Below the pieces are notes generated by a model. The model made no database searches. It saw only the letters and a program-made list of their open reading frames with translations, and was not told the DNA's origin. Both the position numbers and the translations under genes were made by a program. Below, piece after piece: positions 19,765-28,651 of a stretch of 64,000 nt of DNA. Within the stretch, counting starts at the first letter, position 1. Each line of letters opens with the position of its first letter. This DNA comes from Paracoccaceae bacterium. Its GTDB lineage: Bacteria; Pseudomonadota; Alphaproteobacteria; Rhodobacterales; Rhodobacteraceae. The stretch is from contig JBNKWI010000001.1 in assembly GCA_050299695.1 (NCBI GenBank), positions 31,662 to 95,661 on the forward strand, in the 5' to 3' direction.

Positions 19765-20753
19765 GCGATGGCTCCCTGTTGCCGCGGCCGCGCCGCCCGG
19801 AAGAGCTTGAACGACCGGTCTCCGCCGGTTTCGGACACTTCGCCGAACGCCTCGGCGAGAGCCTTTTCGTAGGGAAGATGGCGGTTCGCGACAAGCCAGA
19901 CCTGCCCCTTGGGCTTCAGAAGGCGCGATGCCGTCTGGATGAAGGCCCGCCCGATCTCCGGATCCGCCGCGCTGCCCTCGTGGAAGGGCGGGTTCATGAC
20001 CACCGTGTCGTAGCCCTGTTTTTCGCCGAAATCCGTCGCATCCGCCCAGTGAAATTCCGCGCGTGGATCCGTCACGTTCCGCCGTGCGCAGTCGAGCGCC
20101 CGGAGATCGGCCTCCACGAGATCCACCCGCTCGACGCCTTCGCGCGCAAGCACCGCCCGCGACAGGTAGCCCCAGCCGGCACCGAGATCGGCCACCCGCG
20201 CCCCCAGCCTTCCCGGCAGAGCTTCCGCCAGCACCCGTGACGCCGGATCGGGCGCATCGGCCGAGAACACCCCGGCCAGCGTCACCAACCCGCCGCCGAT
20301 ATCCCGGGGCCCGGGATCCTCCCAGTCCGACAGCCCGGCGCCCGGCGCGAGCACCGCCAGCTTGCCATGGGCCTTGGACAGGAAGGGCGACAGCGCCGCG
20401 CGCCCGCGCAGCGCCTTCAGGAGGCTTTCGATCCCGTCCGATTTCGCCCCGTCGAGCACCACCGGCCCCCGGCTGCGCCGGGCGGCTTCCGCGACCGTCT
20501 CCCGCGCAAGCTCCTTCTCGCGCGGCACGAAGACGATGCCGAGCGCGATCTCCCCGTCCGGCGCCACGGGATCGACCTGCCAGCCCGCCGCTCTCAGGGC
20601 GTCGACATGCGGCCGGAAGGTCGAGACGAGATGGGCATTCCTCGGAAGCGCCGACAGATCCCGACCGGGCGCGGCGCCCCAGACGCAGACCGGCCCCTCC
20701 GGCAAGGCGAACAGCCCCTCCTCGAGGGCCAGCGACAGACGGGAAACGGACAT
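19761..20753 (-). CDS. Class I SAM-dependent methyltransferase (RsmC/MTS-like)
   Basis: GVFSAD, DLGAGWG, MNPPFH, VANRHLPYE. Confidence 0.9.
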   Translation of the reverse strand: MSVSRLSLALEEGLFALPEGPVCVWGAAPGRDLSALPRNAHLVSTFRPHVDALRAAGWQVDPVAPDGEIALGIVFVPREKELARETVAEAARRSRGPVVLDGAKSDGIESLLKALRGRAALSPFLSKAHGKLAVLAPGAGLSDWEDPGPRDIGGGLVTLAGVFSADAPDPASRVLAEALPGRLGARVADLGAGWGYLSRAVLAREGVERVDLVEADLRALDCARRNVTDPRAEFHWADATDFGEKQGYDTVVMNPPFHEGSAADPEIGRAFIQTASRLLKPKGQVWLVANRHLPYEKALAEAFGEVSETGGDRSFKLFRAARPRQQGAIA

Positions 20754-20772
20754 TCGCGGGCGGGCCGGAGCC

Positions 20773-21147
20773 CTATTCCTTCTCCATCGTGCACTGCAGC
20801 GGGTGCTGGTGGCGCCGGGCGAAATCCATCACCTGGCTCACCTTGGTCTCGGCGATCTCGTGGCTGAACACGCCGACCACCGCCACCCCCTTCTTGTGCA
20901 CCGTGAGCATCAGTTCGAAGCTCTGCGCGTGGCTCAGCCCGAAGAACCGCTCGAGCACATGCACGACGAACTCCATCGGCGTGAAGTCGTCGTTCAGGAG
21001 CAGGACCTTGTAGAGCGGCGGACGCTGGGTGCGCGCCTTCGTCTCGAGCATCACACCCGCGTCGCCGTCCTTCCGGCCGTCCTTGTCGTCCTGGGACATG
21101 ATGGGATGCAGGATCTCGTTCACGTTCGTGAGGAAGGCGTTGCGCAT
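20773..21147 (-). CDS. clpS: ATP-dependent Clp protease adaptor (start may be 21099)
   Basis: [25 protein letters not shown]. Confidence 0.96.
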   Translation of the reverse strand: MRNAFLTNVNEILHPIMSQDDKDGRKDGDAGVMLETKARTQRPPLYKVLLLNDDFTPMEFVVHVLERFFGLSHAQSFELMLTVHKKGVAVVGVFSHEIAETKVSQVMDFARRHQHPLQCTMEKE

Positions 21148-21211
21148 TCGGAGTTACAATATAATCGGTCCATCTCTTGTGAAAAGGGTTAACACACAGT
21201 CAAGTTGTTCC

Positions 21212-21916
21212 ATGGCCCGTATCACGACAGTCGGTTTCGATGCCGACGACACTCTTTGGCAGAACGAACAGTTCTTTCGCATCACCCAAGAGCGGTTCAA
21301 GGCGCTCCTGGCGGATTTCGCGGCGCCCGAGCATCTCGACGAACGGCTTCTTGCCGCCGAGCGGCGGAACATCGGCCATTACGGTTTCGGCATCAAGGGA
21401 TTCGTTCTCTCGATGATCGAAACGGCGATAGAGGTGACCGAGGAGCGGGTGCCGGCCCGCGTGATCGGCGAGCTGATCGCCGCCGGACAGGACATGCTCG
21501 AGCATCCGATCGAGCTCCTGCCCCATGCAAGGGAAGCCGTCGAGGCCGCCACGACAGGGTATCGCGTGCTTCTCGTGACGAAGGGCGACCTGCTCCATCA
21601 GGAGCGCAAGCTCGCGCAATCCGGGCTCGGCGATCTGTTCCACGGGGTCGAGATCGTCTCCGAAAAGACGCCCGAGACCTATCGCCGGGTCTTCGCACGC
21701 CACGGTACGGGTCCGGCCGAAGCCGTGATGGTCGGCAATTCCATGAAATCCGACGTGGTCGCGCCCATCGAAGCGGGCGCCTGGGGTGTCTACGTGCCGC
21801 ACGGGCTCACCTGGGCGATCGAGCACGAAGAGCCGCCCTCCGGCCATGCCCGTTTCGCGGAACTCGCCGATCTGGGCGGCCTGGATGCGCTTCTGGCCCG
21901 GATTGCGGCCACCTGA
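21212..21916 (+). CDS. HAD family hydrolase
   Basis: FDADDTLW, TKGD, MVGNSMKSD. Confidence 0.92.
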   Translation: MARITTVGFDADDTLWQNEQFFRITQERFKALLADFAAPEHLDERLLAAERRNIGHYGFGIKGFVLSMIETAIEVTEERVPARVIGELIAAGQDMLEHPIELLPHAREAVEAATTGYRVLLVTKGDLLHQERKLAQSGLGDLFHGVEIVSEKTPETYRRVFARHGTGPAEAVMVGNSMKSDVVAPIEAGAWGVYVPHGLTWAIEHEEPPSGHARFAELADLGGLDALLARIAAT

Positions 21917-21935
21917 CATCTGGTGGATCGAGGCC

Positions 21936-22033
21936 CGTTAACCACAACATCTGTCTGTGGACAAAAAAATGCCTCAAAATCATTGAAATTGAAGTGTTTT
22001 CTGGTGGCCTCGGTCATGCTACGTTAACCACAA
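21936..22033 (+). promoter_or_regulatory. AT-rich control region with a 12-bp direct repeat CGTTAACCACAA (CtrA half-site/DnaA-box-like)
   Basis: Copies at 21936-21947 and 22022-22033; TGTGGACAA at 21956-21964. Confidence 0.5.
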
Positions 22034-22084
22034 ATCAAGCGGACCGGGCGTTAGATCCGGCCGCCAGAAGGCAGAAAAAGGCAG

Positions 22085-23539
22085 GTGGCAGTGACTTCGA
22101 CTGGGCAGAAGGCCCGTTTCGGGCTATTTTTCTCCATGATTTTCATAGTGTTGCTGGTGCCGACCCTGTCGCGCGCCGCGCCCTATGCCTCGATGGTCAT
22201 GGACGCCCGAACGGGTGAGGTCTTGTACTCGCGCAACGCGGATACGCGGCTGCATCCGGCATCGCTCACCAAGATGATGACGCTCTACATCACCTTCGAG
22301 GCGATCGAGAACGGTGAAATCTCGCCCGATACCGAGGTGCTGATTTCCCGCAAGGCCGCGTCCGAACCGCCCTCGAAACTGGGGATGAAGCCCGGCCAGC
22401 GGATCAAGCTGCGGTACCTGATTCGCGCGGCGGCGGTGAAATCGGCGAACGACGCCGCCACCGCGATCGGCGAGGCGATCGGGGGATCGGAAGCCGCCTT
22501 CGCCCGGCGCATGAACCGCACCGCCAAGGCGCTCGGCATGACCCGGACCACTTTCAAGAACGCGAATGGCCTCACCGAGAGCGGACACCTTTCGACCGCA
22601 CATGACATGACGATCCTCGGCCGGCACCTGTTCTACGACTTCCCGGGCTACTACAACCTGTTCTCCCGGCGAACGACGGATGCCGGCGGCAAGACCGTCT
22701 ACAACACCAATCGCAAGTTCCTCGCCGCCTATCGCGGTGCCGACGGGATCAAGACAGGCTATACCAACGCCGCCGGGTTCAATCTGGTCGCCTCCGCCGA
22801 GCGGGGCGGCACGCGGATCATCACCACCGTCTTCGGCGGCCGCTCGACGGCGAGCCGAAACGCTCAGGTGGCCGAACTGATGGACATGGGGTTCAAGAAG
22901 GCGCCCCGCCATGCCGAGGTGCGCAAGCCCGCACGCCCGGCCTACACGCCAGAAGCGGGCGACGGGAAAACGGTCAACACCGAGTTGGCGGTCGCACGGA
23001 GCCGCCGGCCGAAGCCGCGACCGGGCCCAACGCTGCCGCCGGGCGAGCTGGTGGCCGGAATGGACAACGCCATTGCCGAAACCCTGGCCCTTGTCGATCT
23101 CGACGAGACCCAGACGCCCGTTGTGAAGAGCGCCTCGCCGGTGGCACCGTCCGCCGGCCGCGCCAGCGCCGCGCCGCGCCCGAGACCCGAGGCGATTCGC
23201 GTGGCCGCCGCGACGATCGAGCGGATCGCCACGCCCGATCCTGCCACGACCACCCGGACCCCGGACGGCGAAGAAATCGTCACCCGTCTGTCCACCTCGG
23301 GCGGACGCCACTGGGCGATCTCCATAGGCAAGTTCGGCTCGCGCCACCAGGCCGAGCGGATGCTGCTCGAAACGGCGCTCCTGGAGCTCGGCACCCTTGA
23401 CGAGGCGCTGCGCAAGGTGGTGCCACGCTCGGGCGGGTTCGAGGCGAATTTCGTCGGGCTCTCCGCCGAACAGGCTGCCATGGCCTGCCGCCGCCTTGCC
23501 GCGCGCAATGTCGACTGCGCTACAATGGGTCCCGGCTGA
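22085..23539 (+). CDS. D-Ala-D-Ala carboxypeptidase (peptidase S11) with C-terminal SPOR-like domain
   Basis: ASLTK (SxxK), SAN, KTG; Pro/Ala linker; C-terminal WAISIG...AAMACRRL. Confidence 0.92.
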   Translation: MAVTSTGQKARFGLFFSMIFIVLLVPTLSRAAPYASMVMDARTGEVLYSRNADTRLHPASLTKMMTLYITFEAIENGEISPDTEVLISRKAASEPPSKLGMKPGQRIKLRYLIRAAAVKSANDAATAIGEAIGGSEAAFARRMNRTAKALGMTRTTFKNANGLTESGHLSTAHDMTILGRHLFYDFPGYYNLFSRRTTDAGGKTVYNTNRKFLAAYRGADGIKTGYTNAAGFNLVASAERGGTRIITTVFGGRSTASRNAQVAELMDMGFKKAPRHAEVRKPARPAYTPEAGDGKTVNTELAVARSRRPKPRPGPTLPPGELVAGMDNAIAETLALVDLDETQTPVVKSASPVAPSAGRASAAPRPRPEAIRVAAATIERIATPDPATTTRTPDGEEIVTRLSTSGGRHWAISIGKFGSRHQAERMLLETALLELGTLDEALRKVVPRSGGFEANFVGLSAEQAAMACRRLAARNVDCATMGPG

Positions 23540-23541
23540 CG

Positions 23542-24399
23542 CTACTCGGCGGCGAGCGGCAGGTCGCGGCGGCCGATATCGCAGATCTCGGCGATGATGG
23601 CGGACAGCCGCGCGCGCAACTCGGCGAACCCGGCATTCGGACGCACCGTCGTTTCGTTCATGTAGAGCGAGCGGTCGATCTCGACCTGGATCACGTGCTG
23701 GTTCTGGCCGGGCCGCCCATAGCATTGCGCCGAATAGGCTCCGGCAAAAGGCGCGTTCCGCACCACGACCAGCCCCGCATCGACAAAGGCCGCTTCGAGC
23801 CGGTCGACGATTTCCGCCGAGGCCGAGGCCCCGAACCTGTCACCCAGCACGATCTCTGGCCGGAGCCCGTTCGGATGCACCACCGCGTCCAGCGCCTCGT
23901 GCGGCATCGAATGGCAATCGATCAGGATCGCCTCGCCGAAGGCCCGCCGGCTCTCGGTCAGAAGCTCGGCCAGTGCCCGGTGATAGGGATGCCAATGCGC
24001 CTTCAGGCGGGTCTCCGCCTCCGCCCGGGTCAGCTTGCCGCGATAGATCGTGCGTCCGTTCGCCACGACCCGCGGAATCACTCCGAGCCCGGAACTCACG
24101 CGCGGATTGTGCGCCCCGCGGCGCACCCCTTCGATCAACGCCGGATCGAGCTCCTCCGAGGACCGGTTCAGATCCACATAGGCCCGCGGCACATCCGCCA
24201 GGATCATCGGCGCACCGCGCGCCGGCGCGTCCTCGAACAGAAGATCGACGAAGGCGTCTTCGGAGGACCGGATCGAGCGCTCGCTCAGCACCGTCCGCCG
24301 CATCATCGCCGAGGGGTAGTCCCGCCCGCTATGCGGCGACGCGAACACGACGCTCGTCGTGCGATGCTCGGGCAAGAGAACCCGGTACCCAGCCTGCAT
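23542..24399 (-). CDS. N-formylglutamate amidohydrolase family
   Basis: SPHSGRDYP, RAYVDLNR, IDCHSMP, QVEIDRSLY. Confidence 0.92.
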   Translation of the reverse strand: MQAGYRVLLPEHRTTSVVFASPHSGRDYPSAMMRRTVLSERSIRSSEDAFVDLLFEDAPARGAPMILADVPRAYVDLNRSSEELDPALIEGVRRGAHNPRVSSGLGVIPRVVANGRTIYRGKLTRAEAETRLKAHWHPYHRALAELLTESRRAFGEAILIDCHSMPHEALDAVVHPNGLRPEIVLGDRFGASASAEIVDRLEAAFVDAGLVVVRNAPFAGAYSAQCYGRPGQNQHVIQVEIDRSLYMNETTVRPNAGFAELRARLSAIIAEICDIGRRDLPLAAE

Positions 24400-24480
24400 C
24401 GGCGCACGCCTCCTGTTGCGTCTTCCCTGTTCGCACCCCTCGGGTGATTATAGGACGAAACGGAAGCCTGCCAAAAGCCC

Positions 24481-24509
24481 TTGAAAGGCCGCTCCTGACC
24501 TTTTATAGA
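24481..24509 (+). promoter_or_regulatory. Sigma70 promoter of tRNA-Val-rpmJ
   Basis: TTGAAA-N17-TATAGA. Confidence 0.65.
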
Positions 24510-24574
24510 CCCTCCACCGACGCGGGGGAGTCCCTCGCGTCTTGTTCGTTTGAACGGGCCGGAAACGGCGGTAC

Positions 24575-24649
<75 letters not shown>

Positions 24650-24718
24650 TCGGAACCGCCGGGCAACCGGCACGGACGCAACCTTGGGCGACAGCGCCCG
24701 CGATTTTGGGAGAGGACC

Positions 24719-24844
24719 ATGAAGGTCAGGAACTCGCTCCGCTCGCTCAAGAACCGGCACCGCGACTGTCGCGTCGTGCGCCGGAAGGGCCGGATCTACG
24801 TGATCAACAAGACCCAGCGCCGCTTCAAGGCCCGCCAGGGCTGA
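24719..24844 (+). CDS. rpmJ: 50S ribosomal protein L36, zinc-ribbon-free type (41 aa; absent from the ORF track)
   Basis: [41 protein letters not shown] after SD GGAGAGG. Confidence 0.97.
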   Translation: MKVRNSLRSLKNRHRDCRVVRRKGRIYVINKTQRRFKARQG

Positions 24845-24867
24845 GACCGCGCCCGCTCGGGACGCGA

Positions 24868-24900
24868 AAGGCCGCCCCACCCGGGCGGCCTTCGTCGTTT
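24868..24900 (+). terminator. Intrinsic terminator after rpmJ (possibly bidirectional)
   Basis: AAGGCCGCCC-CACCC-GGGCGGCCTT followed by T-containing tail. Confidence 0.7.
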
Positions 24901-24905
24901 GCAGG

Positions 24906-25961
24906 CTACTCGACCGGGAACACCGTCTTCACCCCCAGCGTATCGCCGGGCAAGAGCTTCGGCGCCAGTTCCACCCGTTCGCCCGCCGAGGCCCGCCCCT
25001 CGGCCACGCAGCGCGCGACGATCTCCGCCGCCGCCCGGCCGATCTCCTTCCGCTCGGTGTTCATCGTCGCCAGCCGCGTCGAAAACCCCTCGAGCAGCTC
25101 GACCCCGTTGAACCCCGCAAGCCCCATCCGCCCCGGGATGTCGATCCCCTGTTCCAGGCAGTAGAGCATACCCCCCGCCGCGATCATGTCGTTCGAATAA
25201 TAGAGGAAATCGAGATCCGGCGACCGCGCCAGCATCGCCGCCGTCATCTCGCGCCCCTTCCGGAGCGAAGACGGCCCCTCGTAGAAATCGGTGTCGACGA
25301 CCTCGATCCCTTCCTTGGCCAGCGCCTCGGTGAACCCCTCGAACCGCTTCCGCGCCCGGTGGTCGAGCGGCATCTTCGTGCCCATGAAGCCGATCCGGCT
25401 ATAGCCGCCCTTCACGATCGCCTTTGCCATCTCGCGCCCGGCCCGCCGGTGGCTCACGCCCACGACCGAATCCACCGGCCGCCCGTCGGTGTCCATGATC
25501 TCGACGATCGGGATCCCCGAAGCCTCCAGCATCGCGCGCGAGGCCTCGGAATGCTCGATCCCGGCAATGATCACCCCCGAGGGCCGCCAGGACAGCATCT
25601 CGTAAAGGACGCGCTCTTCCTTCTCCGGCTTGTACTGGGTGACCCCGACCACCGGCTGCAACGGCGTCTCGTCGAGGATCTGCGAAATTCCCGCCAGGAC
25701 CTCGGGAAACACCATGTTCGACAGGCTCGGGATGATCACCGCCACCAGATTCACCCGGCTCGAGGCCAGCGCGCCGGCGATCTTGTTCGGCACGTAGCCC
25801 AGCTCGCGCGCCGCGGCGAGCACCTTCTCCCGGGTCGCCTCGGAAACATCGCCCCGGTTCCGCAGCACCCGGCTCACGGTCATCTCCGACACGCCCGAGG
25901 CCTCCGACACGTCGCGCAATGTCAGGGGGCGCCGCTTTTCCCGGACCAGTTTCACCGACAT
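24906..25961 (-). CDS. LacI family transcriptional regulator
   Basis: TLRDVSEASGVSEMTVSRVL HTH, LGYVPN, YSNDMIAAG. Confidence 0.93.
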   Translation of the reverse strand: MSVKLVREKRRPLTLRDVSEASGVSEMTVSRVLRNRGDVSEATREKVLAAARELGYVPNKIAGALASSRVNLVAVIIPSLSNMVFPEVLAGISQILDETPLQPVVGVTQYKPEKEERVLYEMLSWRPSGVIIAGIEHSEASRAMLEASGIPIVEIMDTDGRPVDSVVGVSHRRAGREMAKAIVKGGYSRIGFMGTKMPLDHRARKRFEGFTEALAKEGIEVVDTDFYEGPSSLRKGREMTAAMLARSPDLDFLYYSNDMIAAGGMLYCLEQGIDIPGRMGLAGFNGVELLEGFSTRLATMNTERKEIGRAAAEIVARCVAEGRASAGERVELAPKLLPGDTLGVKTVFPVE

Positions 25962-26128
25962 GTGCGCCGTTCCTTCCGAGTCCCGGTCCCGGCGCTCATG
26001 CCCCGGAGCGCCCAACCTCTTGTGTCGAACCTATGCGCTTGGCCGCACGTGTAGCAAGCGCGCTCTGTGTTGTCGTCCCCGCGCAAGGGGCTTGATTACC
26101 CGACCCGAAGTCGCGACAAGACAGTCGC

Positions 26129-26204
26129 GGCCTCGTAGCTCAGGGGATAGAGCAACCGCCTCCTAAGCGGTAGGTCTCAGGTTCGAATCCTGACGGGGCC
26201 GCCA
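26129..26204 (+). tRNA. tRNA-Arg(CCT)
   Basis: GGCCTCG/CGGGGCC acceptor stem, ACCGC-CTCCTAA-GCGGT anticodon arm, TTCGAAT T-loop, CCA end. Confidence 0.95.
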
Positions 26205-26402
26205 GCAGATCCGCAGCGCGCAGTGCCAATGCCCCACCGATCCGGTGGCATCGCACTCGGGAGAACATTGGCAAACCCGGGTTTCCGGGAGGATCGGCAT
26301 GCTCTCCGAGGATCCGGCGGCGGACGCGCCTTCGGCGGGGGAAACGCACGAAAGCACCGCCGGTTCCGCCGCTCAAGTCATTTTGATAAAAGGGAATTTT
26401 CT

Positions 26403-26428
26403 GGAACCGGGAGGGCAGCCGGCGGGTT
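26403..26428 (+). promoter_or_regulatory. Possible EcfG/sigmaT-type general stress promoter
   Basis: GGAAC-N17-GGTT versus consensus GGAAC-N16/17-CGTT. Confidence 0.4.
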
Positions 26429-26496
26429 TTCCGGTCAAGATGCGCAACCGATCGCATCGCAGATGACCGAAACGAAGTGCTTCCGGAGGAAGACCC

Positions 26497-26964
26497 ATGA
26501 AAACCCTTCTGTTGTCCGCCGCCACCGTCCTCGCCGTCGCCGGCGGCGCTTTCGCCATGACGCCCGACCAGCAGACCCGCGACACCGTCGCGAACACGCT
26601 GGACAGCTACAACTTCAACGTCGGCGTCTCGACGCTGACAGACGATCAGGTCAACCTGATCTACGGCTTCACCGAGTTGCACGACCAGAAAGGCGAGCGG
26701 GCCCGGATCCTCAAGATCCTGGACGACGCCGGCTACCAGCACATGCAGCTGGGCGAGGAGATGATCTTCGTGAAGATCGACAGCTCCTACCTGCCGCCCG
26801 CGAACAGCCTGCGTGACGAGGTGGGCATCAAGCTCGGCGACTACGGCTTCGACAATGTCGATACGCACAAGCTCAGCGACGACCAGGTGGCGAAACTCTA
26901 CACCATCGTCCAGAACAGCGACACCGAAGCGGCGCGCGCCGCGATCCAGACGGTGCTGCAGTAA
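26497..26964 (+). CDS. Secreted hypothetical protein with two internal repeats
   Basis: SD GGAGG, signal peptide ending AFA, C/G-ending codons, repeats LDSYNF..LTDDQV and LGDYGF..LSDDQV. Confidence 0.88.
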   Translation: MKTLLLSAATVLAVAGGAFAMTPDQQTRDTVANTLDSYNFNVGVSTLTDDQVNLIYGFTELHDQKGERARILKILDDAGYQHMQLGEEMIFVKIDSSYLPPANSLRDEVGIKLGDYGFDNVDTHKLSDDQVAKLYTIVQNSDTEAARAAIQTVLQ

Positions 26965-26985
26965 CCCTTCTGCCAGTCGCACGTG

Positions 26986-27007
26986 CGGGGCGCCTTCGGG
27001 CGCCCCG
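26986..27007. terminator. Hairpin with UUCG loop between convergent genes
   Basis: CGGGGCGCC-TTCG-GGCGCCCCG. Confidence 0.75.
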
Positions 27008-27014
27008 TTCGCGT

Positions 27015-28634
27015 TCAGCCGGCCAGGAGGCGCACCAGGGTCTTCTGGCTGACGAAGCCCGTCACCGGCAGGCTGCGCGCCCGCTGGTAGTTGCGGATCG
27101 CCCGCCGCGTGTCGTCGTCGAACTGGCCGTCCGCCGGGCCCGGATCGAGCTTCAGCTGTTGCAGTCGCCGCTCGACCAGAAGCCGGGTCACCGGATTGGC
27201 GAGGATCCGCGCCTCCTCGGCCCGCGCGGCGTCGAATTCGTCCTGCCGCCCCTCCTCGTCCCGCAGCGTCGCGATGCGCGCCGCGGCCTCCTGCGCGAAG
27301 GCCCCGTCCGGATGGGCGGCGAGATAGGCCTCATAGCCTGCCACGCTGTCCTCCGACTGCGCGGCCTCCCAATCCTCCCGGTCGCCGGCCGCGGCCGTCG
27401 CCTGCCGCTCCGCCTCGATCGCCTTGAGCCCGGCCCGCGCTTCGGCGGAATGCAGCCCGTCCGGATAGCGCGCGAGATAGTCCCTCAGCCCCTCCTCGGC
27501 CGTGCCCTGCCCCGTCTCCTGCCAGTAGGCGTTGTCGGCGCGTTCCTCCTCGGCCCGCCGCCGCTCCGCTTCTTCCTCGAGCGCCGCCTGCCGCGCGCCG
27601 CCCAGCTCGCGCAGGAGCGCCACCTGGTTGCCGGTGAAATACCCGGTCGGCTCGAGCCCCTCGTCCGACTGCCAGTCCTTCACGGCCGCCCGCGTGCCGC
27701 GCCCGAAGATCCCGTCGATCCCGCGCGGCTCATAGCCCAGAAGCGTCAGGAGCCGCTGCATCTCGCGCCGCGTGTCGCGGTCAAGGTTCAGCGCCGCCTC
27801 CTCCTGCGCCGCCCGCGCCTCGGGGCTCAGCCTGAGCTCCTTGAGCTGCGCCTCGGCCGTGCCCGCATGGGTGCCGCGCGGAAACCGCGACAGGTACTCC
27901 TCGTATCCGGCCTCGCTGCCCTCCGCCTCCGCCGTCGCCCAGGCCGCCGCCTCCGCCGCGCGCCGGTCCTCGGCCGATTGCGGCAGGAACCCCACCATCA
28001 TTGGCAGGAAGCCGTAGCCCACCACGCCGCCATTCTCCTGCGCGGCCAGCGCCCGCCCCACGGGCACACCGGAACCGATGATCTCACCGACCAGAAGATC
28101 GGCCAGATCCGGCCCCGGCCCGGCCAGCACTGTCACACCCTGCGCCACGTCGCGCGGCGGCAGGTAGCCGAGCTCCAGCATCGCCCCGGTATCCTGTGAT
28201 CCGGGCGAGGCGACGACCAGCATCGCCGAGCCGGGCTTCGCCGCGAGGAACGGATCGAGCACCGACAAGGGCAGCCCCTCGGCGCCCGCGTCGAACACCG
28301 ACACCCGGCCCGCATCGGTGCCCAGAAGCCAGGAATCCCGCCCGTTCGTCACCACATGCCCGGCGACCAGCACGATCAGCCGGTCGGCCTCCTCCATCTT
28401 CGTGCGCCGCTCGAAGAACCAGGCCTGCATCCGGCCCGCCGTTGCGTCGCGCAGGATCTCGACCTCGAAATCCTCCGCCTCCAGCGCCGCACGCAGCCGC
28501 CGCAGATCGGCGCCGGTGTCGGCATCACGCACCGCGCGATAATCCTCGTTCGCGACCAGGATCGCCAGATCCGCCGCCAGCGCGCCCTCCGCGCAGAGCG
28601 CCGCCAATACCGCCAGTCCCGCCAGATACCGCAT
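27015..28634 (-). CDS. Secreted caspase-like (C14) domain protein with two peptidoglycan-binding domains
   Basis: Signal peptide; AILVANEDY and LVAGH; PG-binding GIDGIFGRGTRAAV and PADGQFDDDTRRAI; three YLxxxPxG helical repeats; SD GGGGAGG. Confidence 0.85.
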   Translation of the reverse strand: MRYLAGLAVLAALCAEGALAADLAILVANEDYRAVRDADTGADLRRLRAALEAEDFEVEILRDATAGRMQAWFFERRTKMEEADRLIVLVAGHVVTNGRDSWLLGTDAGRVSVFDAGAEGLPLSVLDPFLAAKPGSAMLVVASPGSQDTGAMLELGYLPPRDVAQGVTVLAGPGPDLADLLVGEIIGSGVPVGRALAAQENGGVVGYGFLPMMVGFLPQSAEDRRAAEAAAWATAEAEGSEAGYEEYLSRFPRGTHAGTAEAQLKELRLSPEARAAQEEAALNLDRDTRREMQRLLTLLGYEPRGIDGIFGRGTRAAVKDWQSDEGLEPTGYFTGNQVALLRELGGARQAALEEEAERRRAEEERADNAYWQETGQGTAEEGLRDYLARYPDGLHSAEARAGLKAIEAERQATAAAGDREDWEAAQSEDSVAGYEAYLAAHPDGAFAQEAAARIATLRDEEGRQDEFDAARAEEARILANPVTRLLVERRLQQLKLDPGPADGQFDDDTRRAIRNYQRARSLPVTGFVSQKTLVRLLAG

Positions 28635-28651
28635 CGCCAGGCCTCCCCTTT

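Noticed and set aside
21917-22084. Calling this region oriC
   Set aside because: The DnaA-like boxes are all mismatched and the plus strand looks C-rich on both sides; kept only as a regulatory finding
26258-26280. Alphaproteobacterial LexA box (GAAC-N7-GAAC)
   Set aside because: GAACATTGGCAAAC has the wrong spacing and a mismatched second half
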